A stretch of DNA of 64,000 bases from the NCBI GenBank assembly GCA_040878325.1, contig JBBDMM010000006.1:192418-256417 (forward strand), given 5' to 3'. The position numbers and the translations under genes were made by a program. The notes under the pieces are model-generated. The model was not told the origin of the DNA. It saw only the letters and a list, made by a program, of their open reading frames with translations, and did no database searches. This document shows positions 20,624 through 29,779 of the stretch, one piece after another (the stretch's first letter is position 1; each line of letters starts with the position of its first letter). The stretch is from Acidimicrobiia bacterium (GTDB taxonomy: Bacteria > Actinomycetota > Acidimicrobiia > Spongiisociales > UBA11373).

Positions 20624-21327
20624 CCGTCAGGGTCGCCGTCACCACGACCGCCGGCCGGGCCGCCGATCGGATCATTGCCCTCTCGGAGGGGTGCGGACTC
20701 GTCCCGGTTCTACTGCCATGCATACGTGTTGAGCCGGCAGCCGACGGGGTGCTCGATGAGTTGCGGGCGGCGGCCGAGTCGGCGGACTGGATCGTCGTGA
20801 CGTCACCGCGCGCCGTGGAGATCGTGTGGCCCGAGGCCGCCATGCCATCTCGACCGGCGACCGCGGCGGTGGGGGCAACCACTGCCGACGCGGTTCGGCG
20901 GGCCGGGGGAGCGGTGGCGCTCTCCGGCAGTGGTGGCGCTGCCTCGTTGCGTGAACTTCTCGACGGGCGGGTCGGCGGCACCGCGGCCGTTTTTCCCCAC
21001 GCCCGGGGTGCCGACGGCACCATGGCGAGGTGGCTGGCGCAGCACTGCTCCCACCTTGTGGCTGCGGCGGTCTATGCGACGGAGTCGCTTGCTCCTGCAG
21101 GTGATCCCGTCGACGCGGTGATCTTTGGATCGCCTTCAGCGGTGGCAGGATGGCGGAAGTCACGGGGTCTTTCCGGGATCGTCGTGGCTGCGATGGGACC
21201 GACCACCGCCGCGTATCTCGAGTCAGTGGGCCGCCCGCCGGACGTGGTGCCGGGGTCCCCGGGTGCGGCGGCGATCGTCGAGGCAGTCGCCGCGCATGTC
21301 GCCAGTAATGAAAGGCACGCATCATGA
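20620..21327 (+). CDS. hemD: uroporphyrinogen-III synthase
   Basis: [29 protein letters not shown]; operon position. Confidence 0.85.
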   Translation: MTVRVAVTTTAGRAADRIIALSEGCGLVPVLLPCIRVEPAADGVLDELRAAAESADWIVVTSPRAVEIVWPEAAMPSRPATAAVGATTADAVRRAGGAVALSGSGGAASLRELLDGRVGGTAAVFPHARGADGTMARWLAQHCSHLVAAAVYATESLAPAGDPVDAVIFGSPSAVAGWRKSRGLSGIVVAAMGPTTAAYLESVGRPPDVVPGSPGAAAIVEAVAAHVASNERHAS

Positions 21328-22304
21328 CCACTTTCCCGACCGCCAGGGGGAGACGCCTGCGAGTGAGCGCTGCGATGCGGCGGCAGGTCGCCGAGACCCG
21401 CCTCGATAGTGCGATGTTCGTCTTGCCCCTCTTTGTGGTGGAGGGGGCCGGCGTGGAGCAACCGATCGGGTCGATGCCCGGGCACGCCCAACTCTCCGTG
21501 GACCGATTGGTTCCTGTTGTCGAGGAAGCCGCTGCAACCGGCGTGGGTGGTGTGATCCTCTTCGGGATTCCGGGGTCGAAGGACGGAGCGGGGTCTGGAG
21601 CGTGGGATCCCGCCGGCCCGGTCCCCGCCGCAATCCGGGCCATCAAGGATCGCGGCCTCGACCTCACCGTATGGGCCGACCTGTGCCTCTGCGAGTACAC
21701 CAGCCACGGCCACTGCGGTGTGGTGGTGGACGAGCGAGTCGACAACGACGCGACGCTGCCGCTGCTGGCGCGGTCAGCCGTGGTGTACGCCGATGCCGGG
21801 GCGGACGTGATCGCCCCTTCGGACATGATGGACGGCCGGGTGGCGGCTGTGCGGGCGTCGCTCGACAAGGCCGGTCACGCCGAATTGGCCATCTGCTCGT
21901 ATTCGGTCAAGTACGCCAGCGCTTATTACGGCCCGTTCCGGGAGGCGGCCCAATCGGCGCCCGCATTCGGCGACCGGCGGACCCATCAGATGGATCCGCC
22001 CAATGTCCGCGAGGCGTTGCGCGAGGTGGCCCAGGATCTCGCTGAAGGGGCCGACATGGTGATGGTCAAGCCTGCCGGGCCGTACCTCGATGTCGTGGCA
22101 GCGGTGCGGGCGGCTGTCGATGTTCCGGTCGCCGCTTATCAGGTGTCAGGCGAGTTTGCGATGATCGAATCGGCCGCAGCCAATGGGTGGATCGATGGAG
22201 ACCGCATCATGATGGAGTCGCTGACCGGGATCGCCCGGGCCGGCGCCGACATCATCCTCACGTACTTCGCAACCCGTGCCGCCCGCCTCCTGGAGGTCCG
22301 ATGA
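21324..22304 (+). CDS. hemB: porphobilinogen synthase
   Basis: [29 protein letters not shown]. Confidence 0.97.
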   Translation: MTTFPTARGRRLRVSAAMRRQVAETRLDSAMFVLPLFVVEGAGVEQPIGSMPGHAQLSVDRLVPVVEEAAATGVGGVILFGIPGSKDGAGSGAWDPAGPVPAAIRAIKDRGLDLTVWADLCLCEYTSHGHCGVVVDERVDNDATLPLLARSAVVYADAGADVIAPSDMMDGRVAAVRASLDKAGHAELAICSYSVKYASAYYGPFREAAQSAPAFGDRRTHQMDPPNVREALREVAQDLAEGADMVMVKPAGPYLDVVAAVRAAVDVPVAAYQVSGEFAMIESAAANGWIDGDRIMMESLTGIARAGADIILTYFATRAARLLEVR

Positions 22305-23572
22305 ACTCCGTCGACTGGTACCACCGTGCCACTGCCGTCATGCCTGGCGGGGTCAACTCGCCGGTGCGTGCCCTCAAGGGGGTCGGTGGCACTCCGCCCT
22401 TTGTGGTATCCGCCGCCGGGGCTCATATCGAGACCGCTGATGGTGATCGCCTCATCGACTTCGTGGCCTCATGGGGGGCACTGATCTTGGGGCATGCCCG
22501 TCCCGAAATCGTGGGTGCATTGCACGAGGCGGCCAGCCGCGGCACCTCCTACGGGATTCCGAGCACCGTCGAGGTGGACCTCGCCGAACTGATCGTCGAT
22601 CTGGTGCCGAGCATCGAAATCGTGCGGATGGTCAACTCGGGTACCGAGGCGACAGCATCATCCATTCGAGTGGCTCGGGCGGCCACCGGCCGAGCGGGGA
22701 TCATCAAGTTCGAGGGGTGCTACCACGGCCACGCCGACCCGTTCCTGGTGGCCGCCGGCAGCGGTCCGGCAACCCTGGGCCAGCCCGACAGCCCCGGAGT
22801 GCCCCCGGCGACAGTGGCCGATACCCGGTCCGCGACGTTCAACGACCTGGTCTCGGTCGAGGTGGCCTTCTCATCCGGGGACATTGCGGCGGTGATCGTC
22901 GAACCCGTTGCGGGCAACATGGGCGTCGTCCCTCCCGCTCCTGGCTTTCTGCAGGGTTTGCGTGACCTGTGTGATCGCCACGGCGCCCTCCTGGTGTTCG
23001 ACGAGGTGATGACCGGCTTCCGGGTCGGCCTCGGCGGAGCCCAGGAACGATTCGGCATCACCCCCGATCTCACCTGCCTGGGCAAAGTGGTTGCCGGCGG
23101 CGCCCCGGCAGCCGCCTACGGGGGCCGCGCCGATCTGATGCGCATGGTGGCGCCAGACGGTCCGGTGTACCAGGCCGGAACCCTTGCGGGTAACCCGCTT
23201 GCGGTCGCCGCCGGTCTCGCCTGCCTGCGCTACCTGCGGGATCATCCCGGCCTCTACGACGATCTGGAGACGATGGGGGCCCGCATGGAGCAGCGTCTCA
23301 CATCTGCCCTGGCGGATCACGAGGTGCCGGGGTGCGTGCAGCGGGTCGGAGCGATGCTCACGGTGTTCTTCGGACCGGCGAAGGTGCGGTCCTGGGAAGA
23401 TGCCAAGAACATCGATCGAGCCCTGTTTGCTCGCTTCTATCACGAAGCATTTCGCACCGGGGTAGTGCTGCCACCGTCTGCCTTCGAGGCTCTGTTCCTG
23501 ATGGAGGACCACGGGCCGGTACTCGACGAGGCCATCGAGATCCTGGCCACCGCCATCGGGGCGATCGCGTGA
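22301..23572 (+). CDS. hemL: glutamate-1-semialdehyde 2,1-aminomutase
   Basis: [36 protein letters not shown]. Confidence 0.97.
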   Translation: MNSVDWYHRATAVMPGGVNSPVRALKGVGGTPPFVVSAAGAHIETADGDRLIDFVASWGALILGHARPEIVGALHEAASRGTSYGIPSTVEVDLAELIVDLVPSIEIVRMVNSGTEATASSIRVARAATGRAGIIKFEGCYHGHADPFLVAAGSGPATLGQPDSPGVPPATVADTRSATFNDLVSVEVAFSSGDIAAVIVEPVAGNMGVVPPAPGFLQGLRDLCDRHGALLVFDEVMTGFRVGLGGAQERFGITPDLTCLGKVVAGGAPAAAYGGRADLMRMVAPDGPVYQAGTLAGNPLAVAAGLACLRYLRDHPGLYDDLETMGARMEQRLTSALADHEVPGCVQRVGAMLTVFFGPAKVRSWEDAKNIDRALFARFYHEAFRTGVVLPPSAFEALFLMEDHGPVLDEAIEILATAIGAIA

Positions 23573-24558
23573 GCCGCCCTCTCGTCGACGCCCTCCTTCA
23601 GAGAGCCGTCGACCGCCCACCGGTGTGGATCATGCGTCAGGCGGGCCGATATCTCCCCGAGTACCGGGAACTGCGGTCGGGGAAGACCTTTCAAGAGTGT
23701 GTGTCCGATCCGGCTATCGCCGCCGAGGTGAGTCTGCAGCCGATACGCCGGTTCGACATGGACGGGGCGGTGATCTTCGCCGACATCATGACTCCGCTCG
23801 AGGCGATGGGAGTCGATGTGGAGTTCGACCCGGGACCGAAGCTGCGGCCCCACGAACTCGCCGAGATCGCTGCCCTCAAGATATTCGACCCGGAGCGGGT
23901 CGGTTTCGTGGCGGAGACGATCAAGCGGGTGCGCGCCTCGGTTCCCGACACCACGGCAGTGATCGGTTTCGCCGGCGCGCCGTTGACCCTCCTCGCCTAT
24001 CTGGTCGAGGGCGGGGGTTCGAAGGAGTTCATGATGCTTCGGGCGGCTCTCCGTCGAGACCCCGCCGGGGCGAGCGCCGCACTCGATGTGCTCGGTAGGG
24101 CGATGAACTCATACCTCCGGATGCAGGTGGACGCCGGTGCCGATGTGATTCAGCTCTTCGACAGTTGGGCCGGTGTCCTCGATCGGGAGCGATTCCAGGA
24201 GCTGGCGGTCCCGGGGGCCAGGACGGCACTCGACGGACTCGAAGTACCCCGCATCTACTTCGCCCCCGGAGCCGGCCACACCCTCGACCTGCAGCCGACG
24301 ATCGCAGCAGACGCCTACAGCGTGGATTGGCGCCTCCCCATCGACGAAGCGTGGGATCGGCTGGGCGATGTCGCCATCCAGGGAAACATCGACCCCGCGG
24401 TCCTCTTGACCGACCCCGATACGATCCGACGGGCCGTTACCGATCTGCTCGCTCGGGTCGGCGGACGCGCCGGCCACGTCGTCAATCTCGGGCATGGGAT
24501 CGACCGCCAGACACCACCCGAGCACGTTGCCGCCCTCGTGAGAGCCGTTCGCTCGTGA
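23569..24558 (+). CDS. hemE: uroporphyrinogen decarboxylase
   Basis: PVWIMRQAGRYLPEYR, QLFDSW, QGNIDP, NLGHGI. Confidence 0.97.
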   Translation: MSRPLVDALLQRAVDRPPVWIMRQAGRYLPEYRELRSGKTFQECVSDPAIAAEVSLQPIRRFDMDGAVIFADIMTPLEAMGVDVEFDPGPKLRPHELAEIAALKIFDPERVGFVAETIKRVRASVPDTTAVIGFAGAPLTLLAYLVEGGGSKEFMMLRAALRRDPAGASAALDVLGRAMNSYLRMQVDAGADVIQLFDSWAGVLDRERFQELAVPGARTALDGLEVPRIYFAPGAGHTLDLQPTIAADAYSVDWRLPIDEAWDRLGDVAIQGNIDPAVLLTDPDTIRRAVTDLLARVGGRAGHVVNLGHGIDRQTPPEHVAALVRAVRS

Positions 24559-24592
24559 GAGCCGTTCGCTCGTGAGAGCCGTTCGCTCGTGA
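24535..24592 (+). repeat. 17-bp tandem repeat (CTCGTGAGAGCCGTTCG) x3.4 at the hemE/hemN junction
   Basis: Exact copies at 24535, 24552 and 24569, plus a partial copy at 24586. Confidence 0.95.
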
Positions 24593-25974
24593 TAGAAGTC
24601 TCTGCGGAGCTGCTTGCCCGGCATGACCGTCCCGGGCCGCGTTACACGTCCTATCCCACCGCGGTCGAGTTCGGCGAGGGCGTGGGACCCGACGAGTATG
24701 CCGACCGGCTGGCGGCGGCGGGCAGCAGGCAGAACGATCCGCTGTCGCTCTATGTGCACCTTCCCTTTTGCGAGGCGCGCTGCTCGTTCTGTGCATGCCA
24801 TGTAGTCGTCGCTCGCCGGCCGGAAGTCGCCGAGCCGTACATCGACCGCGTTGTGGCAGAGGCGGCTCTCGTCGCCGCACACCTGGGTGCGAGACGGAGC
24901 GTGGTCCAATACCACTGGGGCGGGGGCACGCCGACTCATCATCCTCCGGCGGTGCTCCAGGCGCTTCATGAGAGGCTTCTCGACCACTTCGAGCTCGACC
25001 CCGTTGCTGAAGTTGCTGTCGAAGTCGACCCGCGGGTCACCAGCGACGCCCATCTCGACACCCTCCGCGAACTCGGTTTCAATCGTCTCTCGCTGGGGGT
25101 GCAGGACCTGGACCCGGGTGTGCAGGATTTGATCGGAAGGGGCCAGACGCTCGAGCAAACCGAGCACCTGTATCGGGAGGCACGAAGGCTTGGATTCCCT
25201 TCGATCAACTTCGATCTCATCTACGGGCTTCCCGGCCAGTCGGAAGAGACCTTTACACGGACCCTGGCAGCCGTCGTCGAGATGCGTCCTGATCGACTTG
25301 CCGTCTACTCGTTCGCATTCGTCCCCTGGATGCGGCCACATCAGAAACGCATCGACGAGGGCCTGCTTCCCGACACGCCCACCAAGTTCGCCTTATTGGC
25401 CACAGTGGTGGCGACGCTGGCCGCGGCCGGATATCGGCAGATCGGCATGGACCACTTCGCGCTGCCCGGTGACGAACTGGTCACTGCAGCGGACAACGGC
25501 ACGCTGACCCGTACGTTCATGGGGTACACCACCAAGCGGGACACCGATACGGTGGCGCTCGGCACCTCGGGCATCTCCGATGTCGACGGCCTTTACGCGC
25601 AGAATCATCGCCGTCTCGCCTCCTACTACGAGTCCGTGGACGCCGGGCGGCTGCCGGTCGAGCGGGGGTATCGACTCGACGCCGACGATCTTGTGCGCCG
25701 GTTCGTGATCACCGAGTTGATGTGCAATGGCCTGGTCGACCTCGCCGCCGCCGGAGACCGCTTCGGAGTAGATGGAGTCGACTACTTCGCCGCCGAGGTG
25801 GGCGCGCTGTGCGCCCCGGGGGGTCTGGTCGAGGAGGGGATGGCCCGGGTGGACGGGGCGACGGTAGTGGCCACCGAACTCGGAGCCCTCTTCGTGCGGC
25901 GTCTGGCGACGGTGTTCGACGTTCACACGGCCCGGCGTTCAGGCGACAAGCCGATGTTCTCGAGGACGGTGTGA
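24589..25974 (+). CDS. hemN: oxygen-independent coproporphyrinogen III oxidase (radical SAM)
   Basis: GPRYTSYPTA, HLPFCEARCSFCAC, WGGGTP, IGMDHFA, RTFMGYTT. Confidence 0.93.
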   Translation: MIEVSAELLARHDRPGPRYTSYPTAVEFGEGVGPDEYADRLAAAGSRQNDPLSLYVHLPFCEARCSFCACHVVVARRPEVAEPYIDRVVAEAALVAAHLGARRSVVQYHWGGGTPTHHPPAVLQALHERLLDHFELDPVAEVAVEVDPRVTSDAHLDTLRELGFNRLSLGVQDLDPGVQDLIGRGQTLEQTEHLYREARRLGFPSINFDLIYGLPGQSEETFTRTLAAVVEMRPDRLAVYSFAFVPWMRPHQKRIDEGLLPDTPTKFALLATVVATLAAAGYRQIGMDHFALPGDELVTAADNGTLTRTFMGYTTKRDTDTVALGTSGISDVDGLYAQNHRRLASYYESVDAGRLPVERGYRLDADDLVRRFVITELMCNGLVDLAAAGDRFGVDGVDYFAAEVGALCAPGGLVEEGMARVDGATVVATELGALFVRRLATVFDVHTARRSGDKPMFSRTV

Positions 25975-27293
25975 CCTCGATGCCCCGGGTCGTCATCGTC
26001 GGCGGTGGGCTGGCAGGGCTATTCACGGCCTCGGAACTGATGGCGGCGGGGGTCGACGACGTCGTGGTGCTCGACCGGGGCCGTGAGCCAGGGGGCATGA
26101 CCAGGACGATCCAACGGGACGGCTTTTCGCTCGAACCGGCGGCGGGGACCCTCCTCTTGCCTCATCCCCATCTGACACCGGTCCTCGCTCGCCTTGGAGC
26201 CGGGGTCGCGGCGGCGGTGGATGGCGGTCTGCGATATGTCTTCACAAGGGGCCGGTTGGTTGCCCTGCCGTCGTCACCGAAGGCTGCCTTCGCCCCACTT
26301 GTCCCGTGGTCGGCGAAGTTGCGAGCCGCCGCCGAGCCCTTGATTAAGGGCCGGCAAGTAGAAGAGGAGAGCCTCGATGCTTTCCTGCGCCGCCGGCTCG
26401 GTGGCGGTCTCGGCGGGATGATTGCCTGGGTCGCGGCGGCGGGGGTGTTTGCCGGCGACCCCGCCAGGCTGTCGGCGCGTTCAGCCTTTCCTGCAATCAC
26501 CGGTCTCGAGGATGAGGCGGGATCGATCGTGCGGGGGGGAGTCCGAAGGCTCCGCAAACGACCGAAGGGTGCGCCGCGGCCCACCAGCCATGTGCCGCTG
26601 GGTGGTATGACCGGCCTCGCAGTGGCCGCTGCGGCTCGGCTGGGCGATCGTCTTCGCCCCGGCTGGGAGGTCGAATCGATCCGACGGCAGGGCGGCTTCT
26701 GGGAGATCGCGGCTACCGACCGGCTGCAGGCGGATCACTTGGTCCTGGCTTGTCGGCCCAGCGCGGCGGCGAGACTCGTTGGCGGCGAACTCGCCGCGGT
26801 GCTGAGAAATGCCGTGAGTGCTCCGGTGGTCGTCATGGGCCTGGGTGCCGCCGCCTCAATGCTTCCGCTCCCGCCGGGCTTCGGCGCCGTCGTGGGGCCT
26901 GATGCTCGCACCGCCACTCTTGGTGTCCTGTTCGAATCCTCGTACGCCCCCCATCGGGCACCCGAAGGGGCCTCGCTGGCCAAGATCATCGCCGGAGGGG
27001 CGACCCGGCCAGATGTCGTCGATTGGGACGATGACCGGCTATTGAGCGAGGTCTCGAGGGAGGTGGCCCGGATCCTCGGAAGCGACATCACGCCTTCCTT
27101 TATCGAGATCGTCCGTCATCGGGAGGGGATCCCCCAATACGACTTGGGTCACCGCGACTGGTTGCGCAATATCGACGAGTTGGTTGCCGTCACCCCCGGG
27201 CTCCATCTCACCGGATGGGGCTACCGCGGCGTGGGTGTGGCTCACCTGGCGACCGACGCCACCCGCCTTGCGGCGAGGATCGCCGGAGGGTGA
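25971..27293 (+). CDS. hemY: HemY-type FAD-dependent proto/coproporphyrinogen oxidase
   Basis: VVIVGGGLAGL, GVFAGDPARLS, GIPQY..GH; start 25971 (GTG) or 25980 (ATG). Confidence 0.9.
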   Translation: MTSMPRVVIVGGGLAGLFTASELMAAGVDDVVVLDRGREPGGMTRTIQRDGFSLEPAAGTLLLPHPHLTPVLARLGAGVAAAVDGGLRYVFTRGRLVALPSSPKAAFAPLVPWSAKLRAAAEPLIKGRQVEEESLDAFLRRRLGGGLGGMIAWVAAAGVFAGDPARLSARSAFPAITGLEDEAGSIVRGGVRRLRKRPKGAPRPTSHVPLGGMTGLAVAAAARLGDRLRPGWEVESIRRQGGFWEIAATDRLQADHLVLACRPSAAARLVGGELAAVLRNAVSAPVVVMGLGAAASMLPLPPGFGAVVGPDARTATLGVLFESSYAPHRAPEGASLAKIIAGGATRPDVVDWDDDRLLSEVSREVARILGSDITPSFIEIVRHREGIPQYDLGHRDWLRNIDELVAVTPGLHLTGWGYRGVGVAHLATDATRLAARIAGG

Positions 27294-27299
27294 GGCCTG

Positions 27300-27662
27300 C
27301 TAACCCGTCACGCCGGCGAGGCTGCCGAGATCGATCGAAATGAGCACCGCCAGGAACACGATTATCAAGGCGTGGACAACGAGCACCGGACGGCGCCATG
27401 GGTGATTGGACTTCCAGAATCGGCGGAAACTCCAGGCATTGGCGGCGATCGCTACCGCGCCGATCAGCAGTCCGAGCGCGGGTCCGACGCCCGGGGCGAA
27501 ACCGAGCACGGGAAGCAGGAAGGGCAGCACGACATAGCTCAGCGTGCATCGCACCCCCGAGACGAGAACCGAGACGTTGAATCCGCGGGTGAGGTCGGAG
27601 GCGTTGGGGGCAGGGCAGGAGAGGCCGGAGGTCGTCGGTTCGCCTGCGTGGAGGGTGTCCAT
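27300..27662 (-). CDS. small membrane protein of unknown function
   Basis: About 120 aa, 3 TMs, SGVRCTLSYVVLPF segment; convergent on the hem operon. Confidence 0.65.
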   Translation of the reverse strand: MDTLHAGEPTTSGLSCPAPNASDLTRGFNVSVLVSGVRCTLSYVVLPFLLPVLGFAPGVGPALGLLIGAVAIAANAWSFRRFWKSNHPWRRPVLVVHALIIVFLAVLISIDLGSLAGVTG

Positions 27663-27778
27663 CGGGTGGCCTGGGTCGGGTGCCGCAGGATACCGGACTA
27701 CCGATCCTCGACAGAGGCCAAGAGCGACGGCACCGGAACGGCAATAGCCCGCCTGGGGTTTCGTATCATGGTGTCCAC

Positions 27779-27852
27779 GGGGATGTAGCTCAGCCCGGCA
27801 GAGCACCTGGTTTGCATCCAGGGGGTCAGGGGTTCGAATCCCCTCATCTCCA
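27779..27852 (+). tRNA. tRNA-Ala(TGC)
   Basis: GGGGATGTAGCTCAG...CCTGG-TT-TGC-AT-CCAGG...GTTCGAATCC. Confidence 0.95.
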
Positions 27853-27909
27853 CAGTCTGTGGCTTCGATGGCCGCAGAGGGTCGCCGACGAGACGACGGA
27901 GGATTCGAT

Positions 27910-29058
27910 ATGCGCAACGCGGTGATCGTCGATGCGGTTCGTACCCCCAGCGGTAAGCGCAACGGCGCCTTCAAGGACATCCATCCCGCCGATCTCGCTG
28001 CCCTCTCGCTGCAGGCGCTGATCGAGCGGAACGAACTCGATCCCGGTCGCATCGATGACGTGATCCTCGGCTGCGTGATGCAGACAGGGGAGCAGGGTGT
28101 CAACATCGCCCGCAATGCGGTGTTGGCCGCCGGGTTCCCCGAGGAGGTTCCCGGGACGACCGTCGACCGCCAGTGCGGTTCCGGACAGCAGGCCGCCCAC
28201 TTCGCCGCCCAGGGAGTGATCGCCGGCGCCTACGACATCGTGATCGCCGGCGGTGTCGAATCCATGACCCGGGTGCCGATGGGCATCACCGCCTCGCAAG
28301 GGCCGGGGTTCCCATTCGGGCCGAAGATGCTCGAGCGGTACAGCCACGGACTGGTCCCACAGGGGATGTCGGCGGAAATGATCGCCGAGAAGTGGGCGGC
28401 GTCGCGCGAGCGCCTCGACTCGATTGCGTTCGACTCCCATTCGCGGGCTGCGGCGGCGACGGCGGAGGGTCATTTCGAGACGCAGATCATCCCGGTCGAG
28501 GTTGACGGCGAGATGGTCACCCGCGACCAGGGGATCCGTGATGACACTTCGATGGAGGCCCTGGGGGCTCTGAAGCCGGCCTTCAAGGCCGACGGCAAGA
28601 TCACTGCCGGCAACTCGTCGCAGATCTCCGACGGTGCAGCCGCGATGTTGATCATGCTCGAGGACAAGGCAGAGGAGTTGGGGTTCACCCCGATCGCCCG
28701 CTTTCATCAGTTCGCCCTCGCCGGCACCGATCCGGTGATGATGCTGACGGGCCCGATTCCGGCCACCGAGAAGATCCTTGCCAAGGCGGGCCTCACCATC
28801 GGTGACATCGACCTGTTCGAGGTCAACGAGGCTTTTGCCTCGGTGATCGCCGCCTGGCTCGACGAGACCGGGGCCGACTGGAGCAAGGTCAACGTGAACG
28901 GTGGGGCGATCGCCCTCGGCCATCCGCTGGGATGCTCGGGGGCGCGGCTGATGACCACCCTGGTCCACGAAATGCGCCGCCGCAAGGCGAAGTGGGGCCT
29001 GCAGGCGATGTGCGAGGGCGGTGGCATGGCCAACGCCACCCTGCTCGAGCTCGTCTGA
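27910..29058 (+). CDS. thiolase (acetyl-CoA C-acyltransferase)
   Basis: DRQCGSGQQA, NEAFA, GHPLG, CEGGG. Confidence 0.95.
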   Translation: MRNAVIVDAVRTPSGKRNGAFKDIHPADLAALSLQALIERNELDPGRIDDVILGCVMQTGEQGVNIARNAVLAAGFPEEVPGTTVDRQCGSGQQAAHFAAQGVIAGAYDIVIAGGVESMTRVPMGITASQGPGFPFGPKMLERYSHGLVPQGMSAEMIAEKWAASRERLDSIAFDSHSRAAAATAEGHFETQIIPVEVDGEMVTRDQGIRDDTSMEALGALKPAFKADGKITAGNSSQISDGAAAMLIMLEDKAEELGFTPIARFHQFALAGTDPVMMLTGPIPATEKILAKAGLTIGDIDLFEVNEAFASVIAAWLDETGADWSKVNVNGGAIALGHPLGCSGARLMTTLVHEMRRRKAKWGLQAMCEGGGMANATLLELV

Positions 29059-29060
29059 GC

Positions 29061-29300
29061 GTGGACGTCGTCCAGGTCGTCATCGCTCTCGCCATCGGTG
29101 CTGCCGTGATGGGGCTCGGTGTATGGGGAGTCCGATTTCTGGCGACGCCGGCGCCACCCGAACCCGATCCGAACGACATCGTCGACATCGAGCAGGCGTT
29201 CCGCTGCGCGGTTTGCGGGATGCGACTCACCATCACCCACGCCCAAGGAGACGACGTCGCCGCCCCCCGTCACTGCCGAGAGGAGATGGAGCCCGCCTGA
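29061..29300 (+). CDS. small membrane-anchored zinc-ribbon-like protein
   Basis: N-terminal TM, FRCAVCG...PRHCREEM; GTG start at 29061. Confidence 0.7.
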   Translation: MDVVQVVIALAIGAAVMGLGVWGVRFLATPAPPEPDPNDIVDIEQAFRCAVCGMRLTITHAQGDDVAAPRHCREEMEPA

Positions 29301-29354
29301 AGCAGGCCGCCCCCGCTCCGGCCACGGCTCCGGCCCGAAGTCAGCCCTCGGACG

Positions 29355-29385
29355 ATGTCCACAGGTGTTGATAAGCCGTGGATAA
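29355..29385. promoter_or_regulatory. cluster of three DnaA-box-like 9-mers
   Basis: ATGTCCACA, TGTTGATAA and CGTGGATAA, each one mismatch from TT(A/G)TCCACA, spaced 2 bp apart. Confidence 0.7.
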
Positions 29386-29445
29386 CAACAAAGGTGTGAT
29401 TCGGATCTGGCTGGAGCCGGAGCGGGAGCCGGGGCTGGCTCGGGG

Positions 29446-29688
29446 TCAGTGCAGATTCAGCGTCATCATGAATCCGATGCCGATGGCCCCGAGGCCGCTG
29501 TAGAGGTAGATGCTCCGCTGGCCGCCGGGGAACAACCCGATGTAGTTGAGGATGATCATCAGCACCCCGCCCGCCATGAGGGCGAACATCAGGGTGACAT
29601 ACCACCGCGGGGAGACCTTGGTCTCCTTGTGCACGGGTGGCGGAGTGACGGTGCGGTGAGGCTTGCGGCGGCCTTTGGACTTCGGCAT
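29446..29688 (-). CDS. crgA: cell division protein CrgA
   Basis: MPKSKGRRK...SPRWY, two TMs; downstream of pknB. Confidence 0.9.
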   Translation of the reverse strand: MPKSKGRRKPHRTVTPPPVHKETKVSPRWYVTLMFALMAGGVLMIILNYIGLFPGGQRSIYLYSGLGAIGIGFMMTLNLH

Positions 29689-29779
29689 GCGGCCAGGGTA
29701 GCGGGCCGCCCCCGAGGCACCGCGGGGGCTCGTCGCGGCTACCGGAACCTCGGGAGTCAGACCCTCGCCGCGGCAAGGA

